Shown in pieces: positions 12,901 through 25,250 of a stretch of DNA of 64,000 nucleotides (its first letter is position 1; each line of letters begins with the position of its first letter). Origin of the DNA: Heterodontus francisci. Its lineage: Eukaryota. The notes beneath the pieces are model-generated. The model did no database searches. It saw only the letters and a program-made list of their open reading frames with translations, and was not told where the DNA came from. Made by a program: the position numbers and the translations under genes. The stretch lies in the NCBI RefSeq assembly GCF_036365525.1, contig NW_027140825.1, positions 930,001 to 994,000 on the forward strand, given 5' to 3'.

Positions 12901-13185
12901 TCTCTGGGTATAGAGGGGTGTTTCCCTGAATTCTACTCTATCAAATCCCTTTCTGAAATGTGAACACCTCTATTCAATCTCCCCCTATCCTCCTGTGTTG
13001 TATCATTCAACAACATTGCTATGCAATGTAATGGGGTGGAGCAGAGTGTCGCAGTAAGTGACTGTCAATCACAATGACAACCGGATGTTGGGTATTTAAT
13101 TGGATACAATATAGAAACCGCCTGCAAGTGTGTTGTTGAAAACTCCACACGTTCACACATCGAGTTAGTATCGAATGAAGAAATC

Positions 13186-13919
13186 ATGTTGCTTGAAGTT
13201 CTCTGTCTAATCTTGATGGCTGCCCTGTTCCCACGTAAGTCAAAGTCTGAAACTGTAGAATAATGTATTGCAATGTCAGCGGTGATTCTGTTCCGTAACA
13301 CTCCTGTGTCAGAGTCTCACTCCAGAACACTTGAGCTCAAAGTCAAAACTAACACCCCAGGTGTCAGGACTGAGGGAGTGTTGCGCTGTCACAGAGGCAG
13401 TACTGAGGGAGTGCTGCACTGTCGCAGCGGCAATACTGAGGGAGTGCTGCACTGTCGCAGAGACAGTACTGAGGGAGTAACTACATTGGTTGCAAAGCCC
13501 TTTATGATGTCCTGAGGTCCTGAACGGCGCTATATTAATGTAAGCCCTTTCTTTTTTGCAATGCAGTCCCTGCTCCAATCCATTATTGACTGAAATAATA
13601 ATCTAATCGATGTTCCATTCCACAGGAATACTCTCCTCCTATGTGGAACAGTCGCCCTCTATCCTATCGATTGCAGCAGGAGAGTCGACAACACTCAGAT
13701 GCACGCTGAAGAATACTGGCTATACAAGAATGTACTGGTACAGACAACAACCAGACAGGGCACTGGAAGCTCTGTTCTTTTCTGCTACAGAAGGGTCTGT
13801 CACTAATTACACGTCCGAGTCATTTAAGGCAGACAGAGCCAGCAATACACTGTTTACTTTGGCACTGAGAGACGCCGTTCCATCTCACACCGCTGTCTAT
13901 TTCTGCACTTGTAGTATCA
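13186..13919 (+). CDS. TRBV: TCR beta-type V segment V4 (leader 13186-13234, V exon 13626-13919), apparently functional
   Basis: Leader MLLEVLCLILMAALFP with donor GTAAGT. V exon SYVEQSP...YFCTCSI. RSS: CACAGTG 13920-13926, 23 bp, GCAAAAACC 13950-13958. Confidence 0.9.
13372..13470. repeat. 33-bp intronic minisatellite, 3 units
   Basis: Unit GAGGGAGTGCTGCACTGTCGCAGAGGCAGTACT. Confidence 0.9.
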
Positions 13920-13980
13920 CACAGTGTTTGAGAAAACGGATCCACAGCTGCAAAAACCTGCAGCGGATGAACGGGAGTTC

Positions 13981-15369
13981 AGTGCTCATCATCCACCGGC
14001 AGGGGGCAGCAGTAGATTAAATCTCAGTGTTCATCTTCCCCCGGCAGGGGGAAGCAGTAGATTGAATCTCAGTGCTCATCTTCCCCCGGCAGGGGGCAGC
14101 AGTAGATTAAATCTCAGTGTTCATCTTCCCCCGGCAGGGGGCAGCAGTAGATTGAATCTCTGCGCTCATCTTCCCCCGGCAGGGGGCAGCAGTAGATTGA
14201 ATCTCTGCGCTCATCTTCCCCCGGCAGGGGGCAGCAGTAGATTGAATCTCAGTGCTCATCTTCCCCCGGCAGCGGGCAGCAGTAGATTGAATCTCAGTGC
14301 TCATCTTCCCCCGGCAGGGGGCAGCAGTAGATTGAATCTCTGCGCTCATCTTCCCCCGGCAGGGGGCAGCAGTAGATTGAATCTCTGCGCTCATCTTCCC
14401 CCGGCAGGGGGCATCAGTAGATTGAATCTCAGTGCTCATCTTCCCCCGGCAGGGGGCAGCAGTAGATTGAATCTCTGCGCTCATCTTCCCCCGGCAGGGG
14501 GCAGCAGTAGATTGAATCTCTGCGCTCATCTTCCCCCGGCAGGGGGCAGCAGTAGATTGAATCTCTGCACTCATCTTCCCCCGGCAGGGGGCAGCAGTAG
14601 ATTGAATCTCAGTGCTCATCTTCCCCCGGCAGGGGGCAGCAGTAGATTGAATCTCTGCGCTCATCTTCCCCCGGCAGGGGGCAGCAGTAGATTGAATCTC
14701 AGTGCTCATCTTCCCCCGGCAGGGGGCAGCAGTAGATTGAATCTCTGCGCTCATCTTCCCCCGGCAGGGGGCAGCAGTAGATTGAATCTCTGCGCTCATC
14801 TTCCCCCGGCAGGGGGCAGCAGTAGATTGAATCTCAGTGCTCATCTTCCCCCGGCAGGGGGCAGCAGTAGATTGAATCTCAGTGCTCATCTTCCCCCGGC
14901 AGGGGGCAGCAGTAGATTGAATCTCTGCGCTCATCTTCCCCCGGCAGGGGGCAGCAGTAGATTGAATCTCAGTGCTCATCTTCCACCGACAGGGGGCAGC
15001 AGTAGATTGAATCTCTGCGCTCATCTTCCCCCGGCAGTGGGCAGCAGTAGATTGAATCTCTGCGCTCATCTTCCCCCGGCAGGGGGCAGCAGTAGATTGA
15101 ATCTCAGTGCTCATCTTCCCCCGGCAGGGGGCAACAGTAGATTGAATCTCTGCGCTCATCTTCCCCCGGCAGGGGGCAGCAGTAGATTGAATCTCAGTGC
15201 TCATCTTCCCCCGGCAGGGGGCAGCAGTAGATTGAATCTCTGCGCTCATCTTCCCCCGGCAGGGGGCAGCAGTAGATTGAATCTCAGTGCTCATCTTCCC
15301 CCGGCAGTGGGCAGCAGTAGATTGAATCTCAGTGCTCATCTTCCCCCGGCAGTGGGCAGCAGTAGATTT
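13981..15369 (+). repeat. 45-bp tandem array, 31 units, each with a CTCF-consensus motif
   Basis: Unit (AGT/TGC)GCTCATCTTCCCCCGGCAGGGGGCAGCAGTAGATTGAATCTC at an exact 45-bp period. Last unit is partial. Confidence 0.95.
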
Positions 15370-16280
15370 GATCCTCCCTGATGGTGATGGGCACAGTAAT
15401 GAGCACAGACCAAGCTGTAGAATAGATCAGCAGCCCAGTGTGACCCAGATATTGTTCCACCTACTTCCCTCGGGCCAATGTTGCAGAAAACGTTTGCCAG
15501 GAGTCCCACCTGACCATTTGTGAATCAACATCTGGCTGTTTTTCTTAATTCGTTCATGGAATGTGGGCCTCGCTGGCTCTGCCATCATTTATTGCCCATC
15601 CCTAATTGCCCTTGAACTGAGTGACTTGCTTGGCCATTCCAGAGGGCATTTAACAGTCAACCACATTGTGTAGACCAGACCAGGTGAAGGCGGTAGATTT
15701 CCTTCCCTAACATCAGTGAACGAGATGGATTGTTGCAACAATGGTCACTATTAGACGAGATTCTTTTGAAAATATAGATTTATTAATGACATTGAAATGT
15801 CATTATTTGTGTTGGTGGGATTCACCCCCCTCCTCCCCCGCCCCACGTCGCTATAACTCTAGCCGAGGCTGTGGATTAAGAATCTAGTCAAGTCAGCCAC
15901 ACACTAATACATCCCCTACAGGAGCAGATCATTTGGAATGCAGATGTCTGTAATTGGAAATCTACATGTGGCTAATGTGGGAATGCCGATGAGGTTCATT
16001 ATGTACAATTGGAGATTTCTAATCAGCAAATTCGAAACTGAACAACAGACACCCTTGTTGGGGATGTTAACAACACTTACTCCAGTCACTCAACCATCAT
16101 AAGCAACCACGTCCATTCTGATTGGTTGGGTGCTGGAAGGGGCGTGTCCAACACTGCATTACTTCCTCATGCCCTTCATGTTTTACTCAATGACTTGGAA
16201 AGAGCGGATTGGTTAGTCACAGAACTGATTTCCTCTGTTCCACTTCCTTTGCTGTTTGAGAGGGCAGTGTCAAGTGGGAG

Positions 16281-16722
16281 ATGTATCTGTTCCTGGCTCT
16301 GATAATTCTGGTTCAAGGATACAAAGATTATCCTTCAGAACCTTCCTGTCTTCTCCCTGTCTCCCTTCCATTCCCAGAAGTTCCCTGTTTACTGATCTCC
16401 TCCTCTCTCCATCTCTCTCCCAGATGTGAACTCACAGACTATCCACCAGACTTCCGCCGCAGTCTCCAGGTTTCCCGAGAAATGAGTGGAACTGAGGTGC
16501 ACCGTGGAGGGGAGCAGCAGTAACCTCTCCATGTACTGGTACAGACAATACCCGGGGAAGGAGCCGCTGTTGATGTTTTACTCCAGTACTGTTAACTATG
16601 TGGATCCAGAGGGGACGGTGGGCGGTTTCACCGCCGAGAGACCGACTGACTCCCAGTTCAATCTGGAGACCTCCAGCCTGCGGGAGAATCACTCGGCCGT
16701 GTATTTCTGAGCCTGGAGACTT
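16281..16722 (+). pseudogene. TRBV30-like pseudogene V5
   Basis: Leader donor deleted relative to 33671. TGA in FR1 and Cys104 changed to TGA. RSS variant: CACACTG 16723-16729, ATAAAAACC 16753-16761. Confidence 0.9.
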
Positions 16723-17029
16723 CACACTGACTCAGAGAATTGGAACAGTTCAATAAAAACCCCAAAGGCAGCAGGAAACACCTGTTTTAGATAAAACCAG
16801 GCGGTGCTGCGTCCTGTTGGGTGTTTTTATCATTGGGATCATGTTTTCCGCAAGAAGACAGGGTGGATTTAAATAGAAGGTCGCAGGTTAGAAAGAAGAA
16901 CAGGGAAATTGCGAAATATACTTAACATGAACACAGAGTTTAAAGTTATGAAGATTAATTTGAACATTGGGGGATCTTTGCTCCAGAAAGGAGAAGACTG
17001 AAGGGTAAACACGATAGACAGACAGACAC

Positions 17030-17096
<67 letters not shown>

Positions 17097-18244
17097 TACG
17101 GTGTGGTGTCATGTCACTGTGTTTCCTTTCTCCAAAGGGACAGCAGAGTGCACTGTCGGACCATGATAAACATCAGAGTCTGCAACACACTTTAACAGTG
17201 ACCTGGGAACACAAGGAGACCATTCATCACCTCGGAAACACTCCGACCTTCAATGAGATCATGACTGATCAATAACTTCCTGTCGCTCCCTCTTTCCATC
17301 CCTCTTTCTCCATCCCTCTCTCCATCCCTCTCTCCATCCCCCTCTCTCCCCCTCTCTCCATCCCTCTTTCTCCAAACCTACACTCCCTCTCTCTCCCTCC
17401 CTCTCTCTCCCACTAGCAACAAAGCCGGTGTAAAACGAGAGAATGCCAATTAACATCCCTGTCTTTTACATGGGCAGTGACAGCCTCTCTATCTAGCTCG
17501 CTAAATCTCTACCTATCTGACTTTCCCTCTATCTCTGTATTTCTCTGCCTCTCTATCTATCTATCTGTGTACCTGACTGTCTATCGATCTATCTCTCTAC
17601 CTGGTTATCTATCGCTCTTTCTCGCTATCTATCTAACTCTATCTTTAGCTGATTACAGTTTGTATGAACTGATTAAACATACTGTAATAATGTAATGAAT
17701 GACCATCTTTTCATAGATTTTCTATATATTGACCAGATATGATGTGGTTTGTCATCAATTATCTATCAAAATCCTCTATGATCTTCAATGTCTGTATCAC
17801 ATCTACCATTAACCTTCTGTGCTGTAAGTAGAGAAACCCCCACCTTCTCCAGTCTCTCCACAGTAACTGAAGTCCCTCATCCCTGGCACCAGTCTGGTTA
17901 ATATCCCTCTCACCTTCACTGCAAAGAGGGGAACAACCCCCAATGCACAGGAACTCAATACATCCGGTGATGAAACACAGAGACAGAGAGGGTGAATCAG
18001 GGAGACATAGAGAGGAAAAACTCAGCACAGAAGGAGACAGAGAGAGAACGACACACACACACACACACACACACACAGATACAGAGCGAGAAAGAGATTG
18101 AAAGAGTTGGAGACATAAAGCTCGATACATGCAGAGAGAGAGAGAGAGAGATAGAAACAAAGAGTACGAAAGAGAGAGGAAGGCGGATTGAGATAGATAG
18201 AGAGAGAGACGTTGTCAACCTACTCCACTCTAACTTGTTGACCT

Positions 18245-18276
18245 GGGCGTCACCATCTCTGCATCACTTCCTAATG
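18245..18276. promoter_or_regulatory. V promoter motif: CRE half-site plus Ets/decamer-like TGCATCACTTCCT
   Basis: Conserved ~110-140 bp upstream of most TRBV30-like leaders (also ~22835, 25110, 26780, 41993, 46578, 48837, 50372). Confidence 0.55.
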
Positions 18277-18385
18277 CTCTCCCTGTTCCTCCCAATGATT
18301 TGTAAAGAGTGGGTTGGTTATTGACTACACTCATCACTCCTGCTCTCTCCTCTTTGCTGATTTAGACGGCAGCATAAAGTAAAAG

Positions 18386-18858
18386 ATGTATCTGTTACTG
18401 ACTCTGATCACCCTGTTTCACCGGAAGGGATTTTATTGAAACAATAATTCTACTTAACATTTCTTTCGTTTTATTTATCTTAGATTCTCTCTCTCTCTTC
18501 TCTCTCCCCAAGACACTGAATTTCCCTGTTTACTGATCTCTCTGTCTCTTTCCCAGATGTGAACTCACAGACTATCCACCAGACTCCCACCGCTGTCTCT
18601 AAATTGCCTGGTGAGAGAGTGGAACTGAAGTGCACCGTGCAGGGCAGCAGCACCAGTATCCTCTACATGTACTGGTACAGACAATACCCGGGGAAGGAGC
18701 CGCAGATGATGTTTTACTCCATCGCTGCACAAAACGTGAAATCAGAGGGGACGGTGGACGGTTTCACCGCCGAGAGACCGAGTATCTTCGACTTCAACCT
18801 GGAGTCCTCCAGTCTGCGGGAGAATCACTCGGCCGTGTATTTCTGTGCCTGGAGTCTT
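18386..18858 (+). pseudogene. TRBV30-like V6: open V exon (18557-18858) but leader donor mutated GT to GG
   Basis: CAC C|GGAAGG at 18423 versus C|GTAAGG at 42171. RSS intact 18859-18897. Confidence 0.8.
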
Positions 18859-18973
18859 CACAGTGACTTAGAGAGATGGAGCAGTTCAACAAAAACCCCA
18901 AAGGCAGCAGGAAACACCTGTGGAAGATAAAACTGCTCGGAGCCTAGAACTTCTTTCGTTTAGCAGAGTGGAA

Positions 18974-20608
18974 GAATACTGAGATTCAGGCTACTCGGCT
19001 AGATGGGATTGAGGTTCACAAGGAGGAGGTGTTATCAATTTTGGAAAGTGTGAAAATAGATAAATCCCCTGGGCCAGATGGGATTTATCCTAGGATTCTC
19101 TGGGAAGCTAGGGAGGAGATTGCAGAGACTTTGTGCTTGATCTTTATGTCGTCATTGTCGACAGGAATAGTGCTGGAAGACTGGAAGATAGCAAATGTTG
19201 TCCCCTTGTTCAAGAAGGGGAGTAGAGACAGCCCTGGTAATTATAGACCTGTGAGCCTTACTTCGGTTGTGGGTAAAATGTTGGAAAAGGTTATAAGAGA
19301 CAGGATTTATAATCATCTTGAAAAGAATAAGTTCATTAGCGACAGTCAGCACGGTTTTGTGACGGGTAAGTCGTGCCTCACAAACCTTATTGAGTTTTTC
19401 GAGAAGGTGACCAAACAAGTGGATGAGGGTAAAGCCGTGGATGTGGTGGATATGGATTTCAGTAAGGCGTTTGATAAGGTTCCCCACGGTAGGCTATTGC
19501 AGAAAATACGGAAGTATGGGGTTGAAGGGGATTTCGAGCTTTGGATCAGAAATTGGCTAGCTGAAAGAAGACAGAGGGTGGTGGTTAATGGCAAATGTTC
19601 ATCCTGAAGTTTAGTTTCTAGTGGTGTACCGCAAGGATCTGTTTTGGGGCCACTGCTGTTTGTCATTTATATAAATGACCTGGATTGGGTGTAGAAGGGT
19701 GGGTTAGTAAATTTGCAGTTGACACTAAGGTCGGTGGAGTTGTGGATAGTGCCGAAGGATGTTGTAGGGTACAGCGGGACATAGATAGGCTGCAGAGCTG
19801 GGCTGAGAGATGGCAAATGGAGTTTAATGCGGAAAAGTGCGAGGTGATTCACTTTGGAAGGAGTAACAGGAATGCAGAGTACTGGGCTAATGGGAAGATT
19901 CTTGGTAGTGTAGATGAACAGAGAGATCTTGGTGTCCAGGTGCATAAATCCCTGAAGGTTGTTACCCAGGTTAATAGGGCTGTTAAGAAGGCATATGGTG
20001 TGTTAGCTTTTATTAGTAGGGGGATCGAGTTTCGGAGCCACGAGGTCATGCTGCAGCTGTACAAAACTCTGGTGAGACTGCACCTGGAGTATTGCGTGCA
20101 GTTCTGGTCACCGCATTATCGGAAGGATGTGGAAGCTATGGAAAGGGTGCAGAGGAGATTTACTAGGATGTTGCCTGGTATGGAGGGAAGGTCTTACGAG
20201 GAAATGTTGAGGGACTTGAGGTTGTTTTCGTTGGAGAGAAGGAGGAGGAGAGGTGACTTAATGGAGACATATAAGATAATCAGAGGGCTAGATAGGGTGG
20301 ATAGTGAGAGTCTTTTTCCTCGGATGGTGATGGCAAACACGAGGGAACATAGCTTGAAGTTGAGGGGTGATAGATATAGGGCAGATGTCAGTGGTAGTTT
20401 CTTTACTCAGAGAGTAGTAGGGGCGTGGAACGCCCTGCCTGCAGCAGTATTAGACTCGCCAACTTTAAGTGCGTTTAAGTGGTCATTGGATAGACATATG
20501 GATGAAAATGGAATAGTGTAGGTCAGATGGTTTCACAGGTCGGCGCAACATCGAGGGCCGAAGGTGCTGTACTGCGCTGTAATGTTCTAATTCTAATTCT
20601 AATTCTAA
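18974..20608 (+). mobile_element. 5'-truncated CR1 LINE (RT region, disrupted) with (TTCTAA)4 tail
   Basis: DFSKAFD and GVPQGSVLGP motifs. Stop at 19605-19607, frameshift near 19685, FADD changed to FAVD. Confidence 0.95.
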
Positions 20609-20726
20609 TAACAAAAACACCAAAGGCAGCAGGAAAGATTTGTAAAGAGTGGATTTGGACCTTCACAAGACTCTAAACTCCTACTGTCACTCCTGTGTCT
20701 ATTAAGAGAACACGTTACAGTGAAAG

Positions 20727-21182
20727 ATGTATCAGTTACTGTGTCTGATAATCCTGTTTCATTGTAAGTGAGTATGAAATGCAAAGATTATCGTTAATAA
20801 CCTTCCTCTCTTCTCCCTGTCTTCCTTTCATTCCCAGAAGTTCCCTGTTTACTGATCTCCTCCTCTGTCCATCTCTGTCCCAGATGTGAACTCACAGACT
20901 GTCCACCAGATTCCCGCCACTGTCTCCAGATTTCCCGGGAAAGGAGTAGAACTGATGTGCACTGTCAAGGGGAGCAGCAGTAGCATCTCCATGTACTGAT
21001 ACAGACAACACCCGGGGAAGGAGCCGCTGATGATGTTTTTCTCCAGTACTGCTAACTATGTGGATCCAGAGGGGACGGGGAAAGGTTTTACCGCCGAGAA
21101 ACTGAATAAGTACGAGTTCAAACTGGAGTCCTCCAGCCTGCGTGAGAATCACTCGGCCGTGTATTTCTGTGCCTGGAGTCTT
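20727..21182 (+). pseudogene. TRBV30-like pseudogene V7
   Basis: Leader 20727-20763, exon from 20884. Trp41 changed to TGA at 20997-20999. RSS spacer only 17 bp (21183-21215). Confidence 0.9.
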
Positions 21183-22974
21183 CACAGTGAGAGATGGAGC
21201 AGTTCAACAAAAACCCCATAGGCAGCAGGAAACACCTGTTTCAGATAAAACCAGGCTGTGCTGCGTCCTGTTGGGTGTTTTTGGCATTGGAAAAGTGTTT
21301 TTGACAAGAAGACAGGGCGGATTTAAACAGAAAGTGAGAGGTTAGATATAGAAGCACAGGGGAATTGTGAAATAGACTTTACAGGAATGATATCGGAACA
21401 AAGATAGTTTGAACATCTTTGCTCCAGAAAGGAGAAGACTGAAGGGTGAACATTCATAGTTCTTAGAAAGATTATGAAAGGGTTTAATGTGTGAAGTGAA
21501 GATCAGATAGGTAGGGAGATAGGTCGATAGATAGCTGGTAGGCAGACAGACAAAGTTGTGTTTTATTCACTGACTGTGTTGTCTTTATCCACAGCGACAG
21601 CAGAGGGCGGTGTAGGACCGTGATAAGTATCAGATTATTGATGATGTTTCAATAGGGACTTTGAAACTTGTCTATGAACCTCTCCTGATAATTATAGAAC
21701 TACATCCCGGTTACAGTCTGGTGAACTGAACACAAGGAAGCGCAGATGCTGGATGGTTTTGGTTCTGGGCGCTCTGTCACTATATTGGAGCTCATTGCGT
21801 TTCTGGGGTATAAATAAATAAGGATGGAAATACTAATCAGGTCAGACAGCCTCTGTGGAGAGAGACAAAACATTAACATATCAGGTCGTAGACCTTTCAA
21901 CAGAACTGGAAGGATTTAGTGATCTATCAGCTTTTAAGCAACAGAAAGCCAGGGAGAGGGAGGATGGGAGGAATGAAGGAGAGACTTAATAACAAAACTG
22001 AGGCTGGTGCAAGACAAAGGAGATGTTAATGGGTCAAGTAAAGAACAAGAGATGGGTCTAGAGGAGGTGAAAATAGCAGAAACACAATTATTACCAACAA
22101 ACCTCTGCCCATATAAACCGGAGCAGTTGTTATGATCAGAAATTGTTTAACTCACTGTTGAGCCCAGAAAGCTGCAAAGTATCCAATTGAAAGATGATGT
22201 GCTTTTCTTCGAGTTTCTGTTGAGCTTCACTGGAGCAGAGAAGGAGGTCGAGGACAGAGAGGTGGGAGTGGGAATGAGAATTAAAAGTATCCGCTAACGA
22301 GAATCTCAGGGTCACACTTGCAGCCTGAATGCAGGATGTTCCACAATGCTGTTAGCCTGTAGCTGTACTTGGTCTCTGCAGCTAGTCCCACTCCCCCTGC
22401 CCTTTCTAAATAACACTGCATATTTTCCTTACACATAATTATTCAAATTTCCTTTTGAAAGCGACGATTGAAACTGCCTCCCCCGCACTCTCAGGTAGTG
22501 CATTCCAGATCCTAACCATTCACTGTGTCAAAAGGTTTCCTCAGTTCACCTTTGGATCTTCTGCCAATTACCATCAATAAGTGACCTCTGGTTCTCAATC
22601 AATCCGGTGATGAAACACAGAGACAGAGAGGGTGAATCAGGGAGACGTAGTGGCTCAGTGGAAATGTACGGGACAGAGGGAGACAGAGACAGAAAGATGC
22701 ACACACTCACAAACACACACAGATACAGAGAGAGAAAAAAGAATGAAAGAGTTGCAGACATAAAGCTGGATGTATGCAGATAGAGAGAGAGAGAGAGACA
22801 TTGTCAACCTACTCCACTCTGACTTGTTTACCTGGGCGTCACCATCTCTGCATCACTTCCTAATGCTCTTCCTGTTCCTCCTAATGATTTGTAAAGAGTG
22901 GGTTGGTTATTAACAACACTCATCACTCCTGCTCTCTCCCCTTTGCTGATTCAGAGGGCAGGTTAAAGTAAATG

Positions 22975-23448
22975 ATGTATCCGTTACTGACTCTGATCAC
23001 CCTGTTTCACCGTAAGGCATTTTATTGAAACAATAATTCTACTTAACATTTCTTTAGGTGATGTTTTTATTTATTTATTTCTCTCTGTCTCTCTCCCACT
23101 GGACAGAAGTTCCCTGTTTACTGATCTCCTCCTCTCCCTGTCTCTTTCCCAGATGTGAACTCATAGAATATCCACCAGACTCCCGCCGCTGTCTCCAAAT
23201 TTTCTGAGGAGCAGGTGAAGTTGAAATGCACCGTGCAGGGCAGCAGTAACCCTGACATGTTCTGATACAGACAATACCCGGGGAAGGAGCCACAGTTTAT
23301 GTTTTACTCCACAGGTACTGATCACATAAATCCGGAGAAGGCGGTGGACGGTTTCACCGCCGAGAGACCGACTAGCTCCCAGTTCAATCTGGAGCCCTCC
23401 AGCCTGCGGGAGAATCACTCGGCCGTGTATTTCTGTGCCTGGAGAGAT
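22975..23448 (+). pseudogene. TRBV30-like pseudogene V8
   Basis: Leader 22975-23011, exon from 23153. Trp41 changed to TGA at 23263-23265. RSS spacer 21 bp (23449-23485). Confidence 0.9.
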
Positions 23449-23884
23449 CACAGTGACTCAGAGTTGGAGCAGTTCAACAAAAACCCCAAAGGCAGCAGGA
23501 AACACCTGTGGAGGGTAAAACTGCCCGAAGCCTCGAATTTCTTTCGTTTTGCAGAGCGAAAGTGTTTATGATAACAAGAGGAGATGGGTTAGAGTGGTAG
23601 TGAGAGATTAGATATACAGGTAGTAGAGAATGTGCTGAGAACAATTAACAAGGATGACACCAGATCTGAGGTTGTAACTATCAGGAAAGATCAACTAGAA
23701 AAAGACTTGAGTTTTTCTGCACTGACACTGAGTTTTCCTCCTCTGTAGGGTTAACAGAGGGTGCTCTCGGACCATGAATACACAATGGCCTGGCAAACAT
23801 TTAATAGGAAAACAGAAAGAGGCAGAGATCATACAGCCCTCGAGCTTCATACACATTGACAGGAGAAGCACATTCATCACCTTA

Positions 23885-24460
23885 GAGAGGGATATACACA
23901 CACTCAACGAGAGAGACAAATCGAGGAAGACCGAGTGTGTGAGAGAGGGATAGAACAAGATTGAGAGGAAAACTGACAGAGACAGAGAGACTGAGACAGA
24001 GAGACTGAGACTGAGACAGAGAGAGACTGAGAGAGACTGAGAGAGAGAGACTGAGAAAGAGAGATTGAGACAGACAGGAGAAGAGAGAGGAGAGCGAGGA
24101 GGACAGAGAGGGGGAACAAGAAAGAGAGAGAGGGAGAACAAAAAACACAGAAGAAGAGACTGAGACAGAGAGACTGAGACAGAGAAACAGTGAGGGAGAC
24201 TGAGAGAGAGAGACTGAGAGACAGAGAGAGACAGAGAGTGAGAGAGAGACAGAGAGAGAGAGACAGAGACAGAGAGAGAGAGACTGAGAGAGAGACAGAG
24301 AGAAAGCGACTGAGGGAAAGCGACTGAGACAGAGAGACAGACAGAGGAGAGAGAGGAGGACAGAGAGGGGGAAGAAGGAAGTGCGAGAGAAAAGCAAAAA
24401 AAACACAGAGGAAGAGAGTGAGACAGATTGGGAGACAGACACACACACACACAGAATGAG
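23885..24460. repeat. GA/GACA-rich low-complexity microsatellite tract (paralogue 47640-48210)
   Basis: (GA)n and GAGACT repeats. Confidence 0.9.
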
Positions 24461-25250
24461 ACAGGGAGAGAAAGACAGCAAGCAGTAAAACAGAGGGAGA
24501 CAGTTAACTAAAGACAGAGCGAGTGAAAAACACACGCACACACATGCACAGCTTTGTATCCGTGCCCATTCATCTTCCGGCTCATTGAATAAGAATATCC
24601 CGTGATCTCAGGATTGTAACTATCAGGAAAGAATAACAATAAAAGGACTGGGGCTGTTATAGACTGACACTGTGTATATGTTCACCACAGGGACAGCTGA
24701 GGACGCTCTTGGACCATGTGATGTACAATGGCTTTTGAGAAGGAGTTCACAGGAAAACTGAAACAGTGAGAGAACATACAGTCCTCCAGGTTGATATACA
24801 TGACCAGGAGAAGGNNNNNNNNNNNNNNNNNNNNNNNNNNNNNNNNNNNNNNNNNNNNNNNNNNNNNNNNNNNNNNNNNNNNNNNNNNNNNNNNNNNNNN
24901 NNNNNNNNNNNNNNNNNNNNNNNNNNNNNNNNNNNNNNNNNNGTGAGAGAGAGACTGAAATAAACAGACTGAGACATATAGGGAGGCACAGAAGAGAGAC
25001 AGAGAGGAAGAAAGGAGCATCACAAGTAAAGGACAGGGAGAGACAGAGAGAGAGAGAGAAAGTGGGTCATTGGCAACCAACTCGATTCTCATTTGTTGAT
25101 GTGGGAAATGAACGTCACCATCTCTGCATCACTTCCTAATGCTCTCCCTGTTCCTCCCAATGATTTGTAAAGAGTGGGTTGGTTATTAACAACACTCATC
25201 ACTCCTGCTCTCTCCCCTTTGCAGATTCAGAAGGCAGCTTAAAGTAAAAG

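Noticed and set aside
13924-15381. 485-aa (+) and 410-aa (-) repetitive ORFs
   Set aside because: By-products of a stop-free 45-bp (multiple of 3) repeat. No evidence of a protein-coding gene.
23695-24541. Long Ser/Leu-rich ORFs (also 47429-48291, 2133-2514 and others)
   Set aside because: Translations of (CT)n, (GA)n and (CTAT)n microsatellites.
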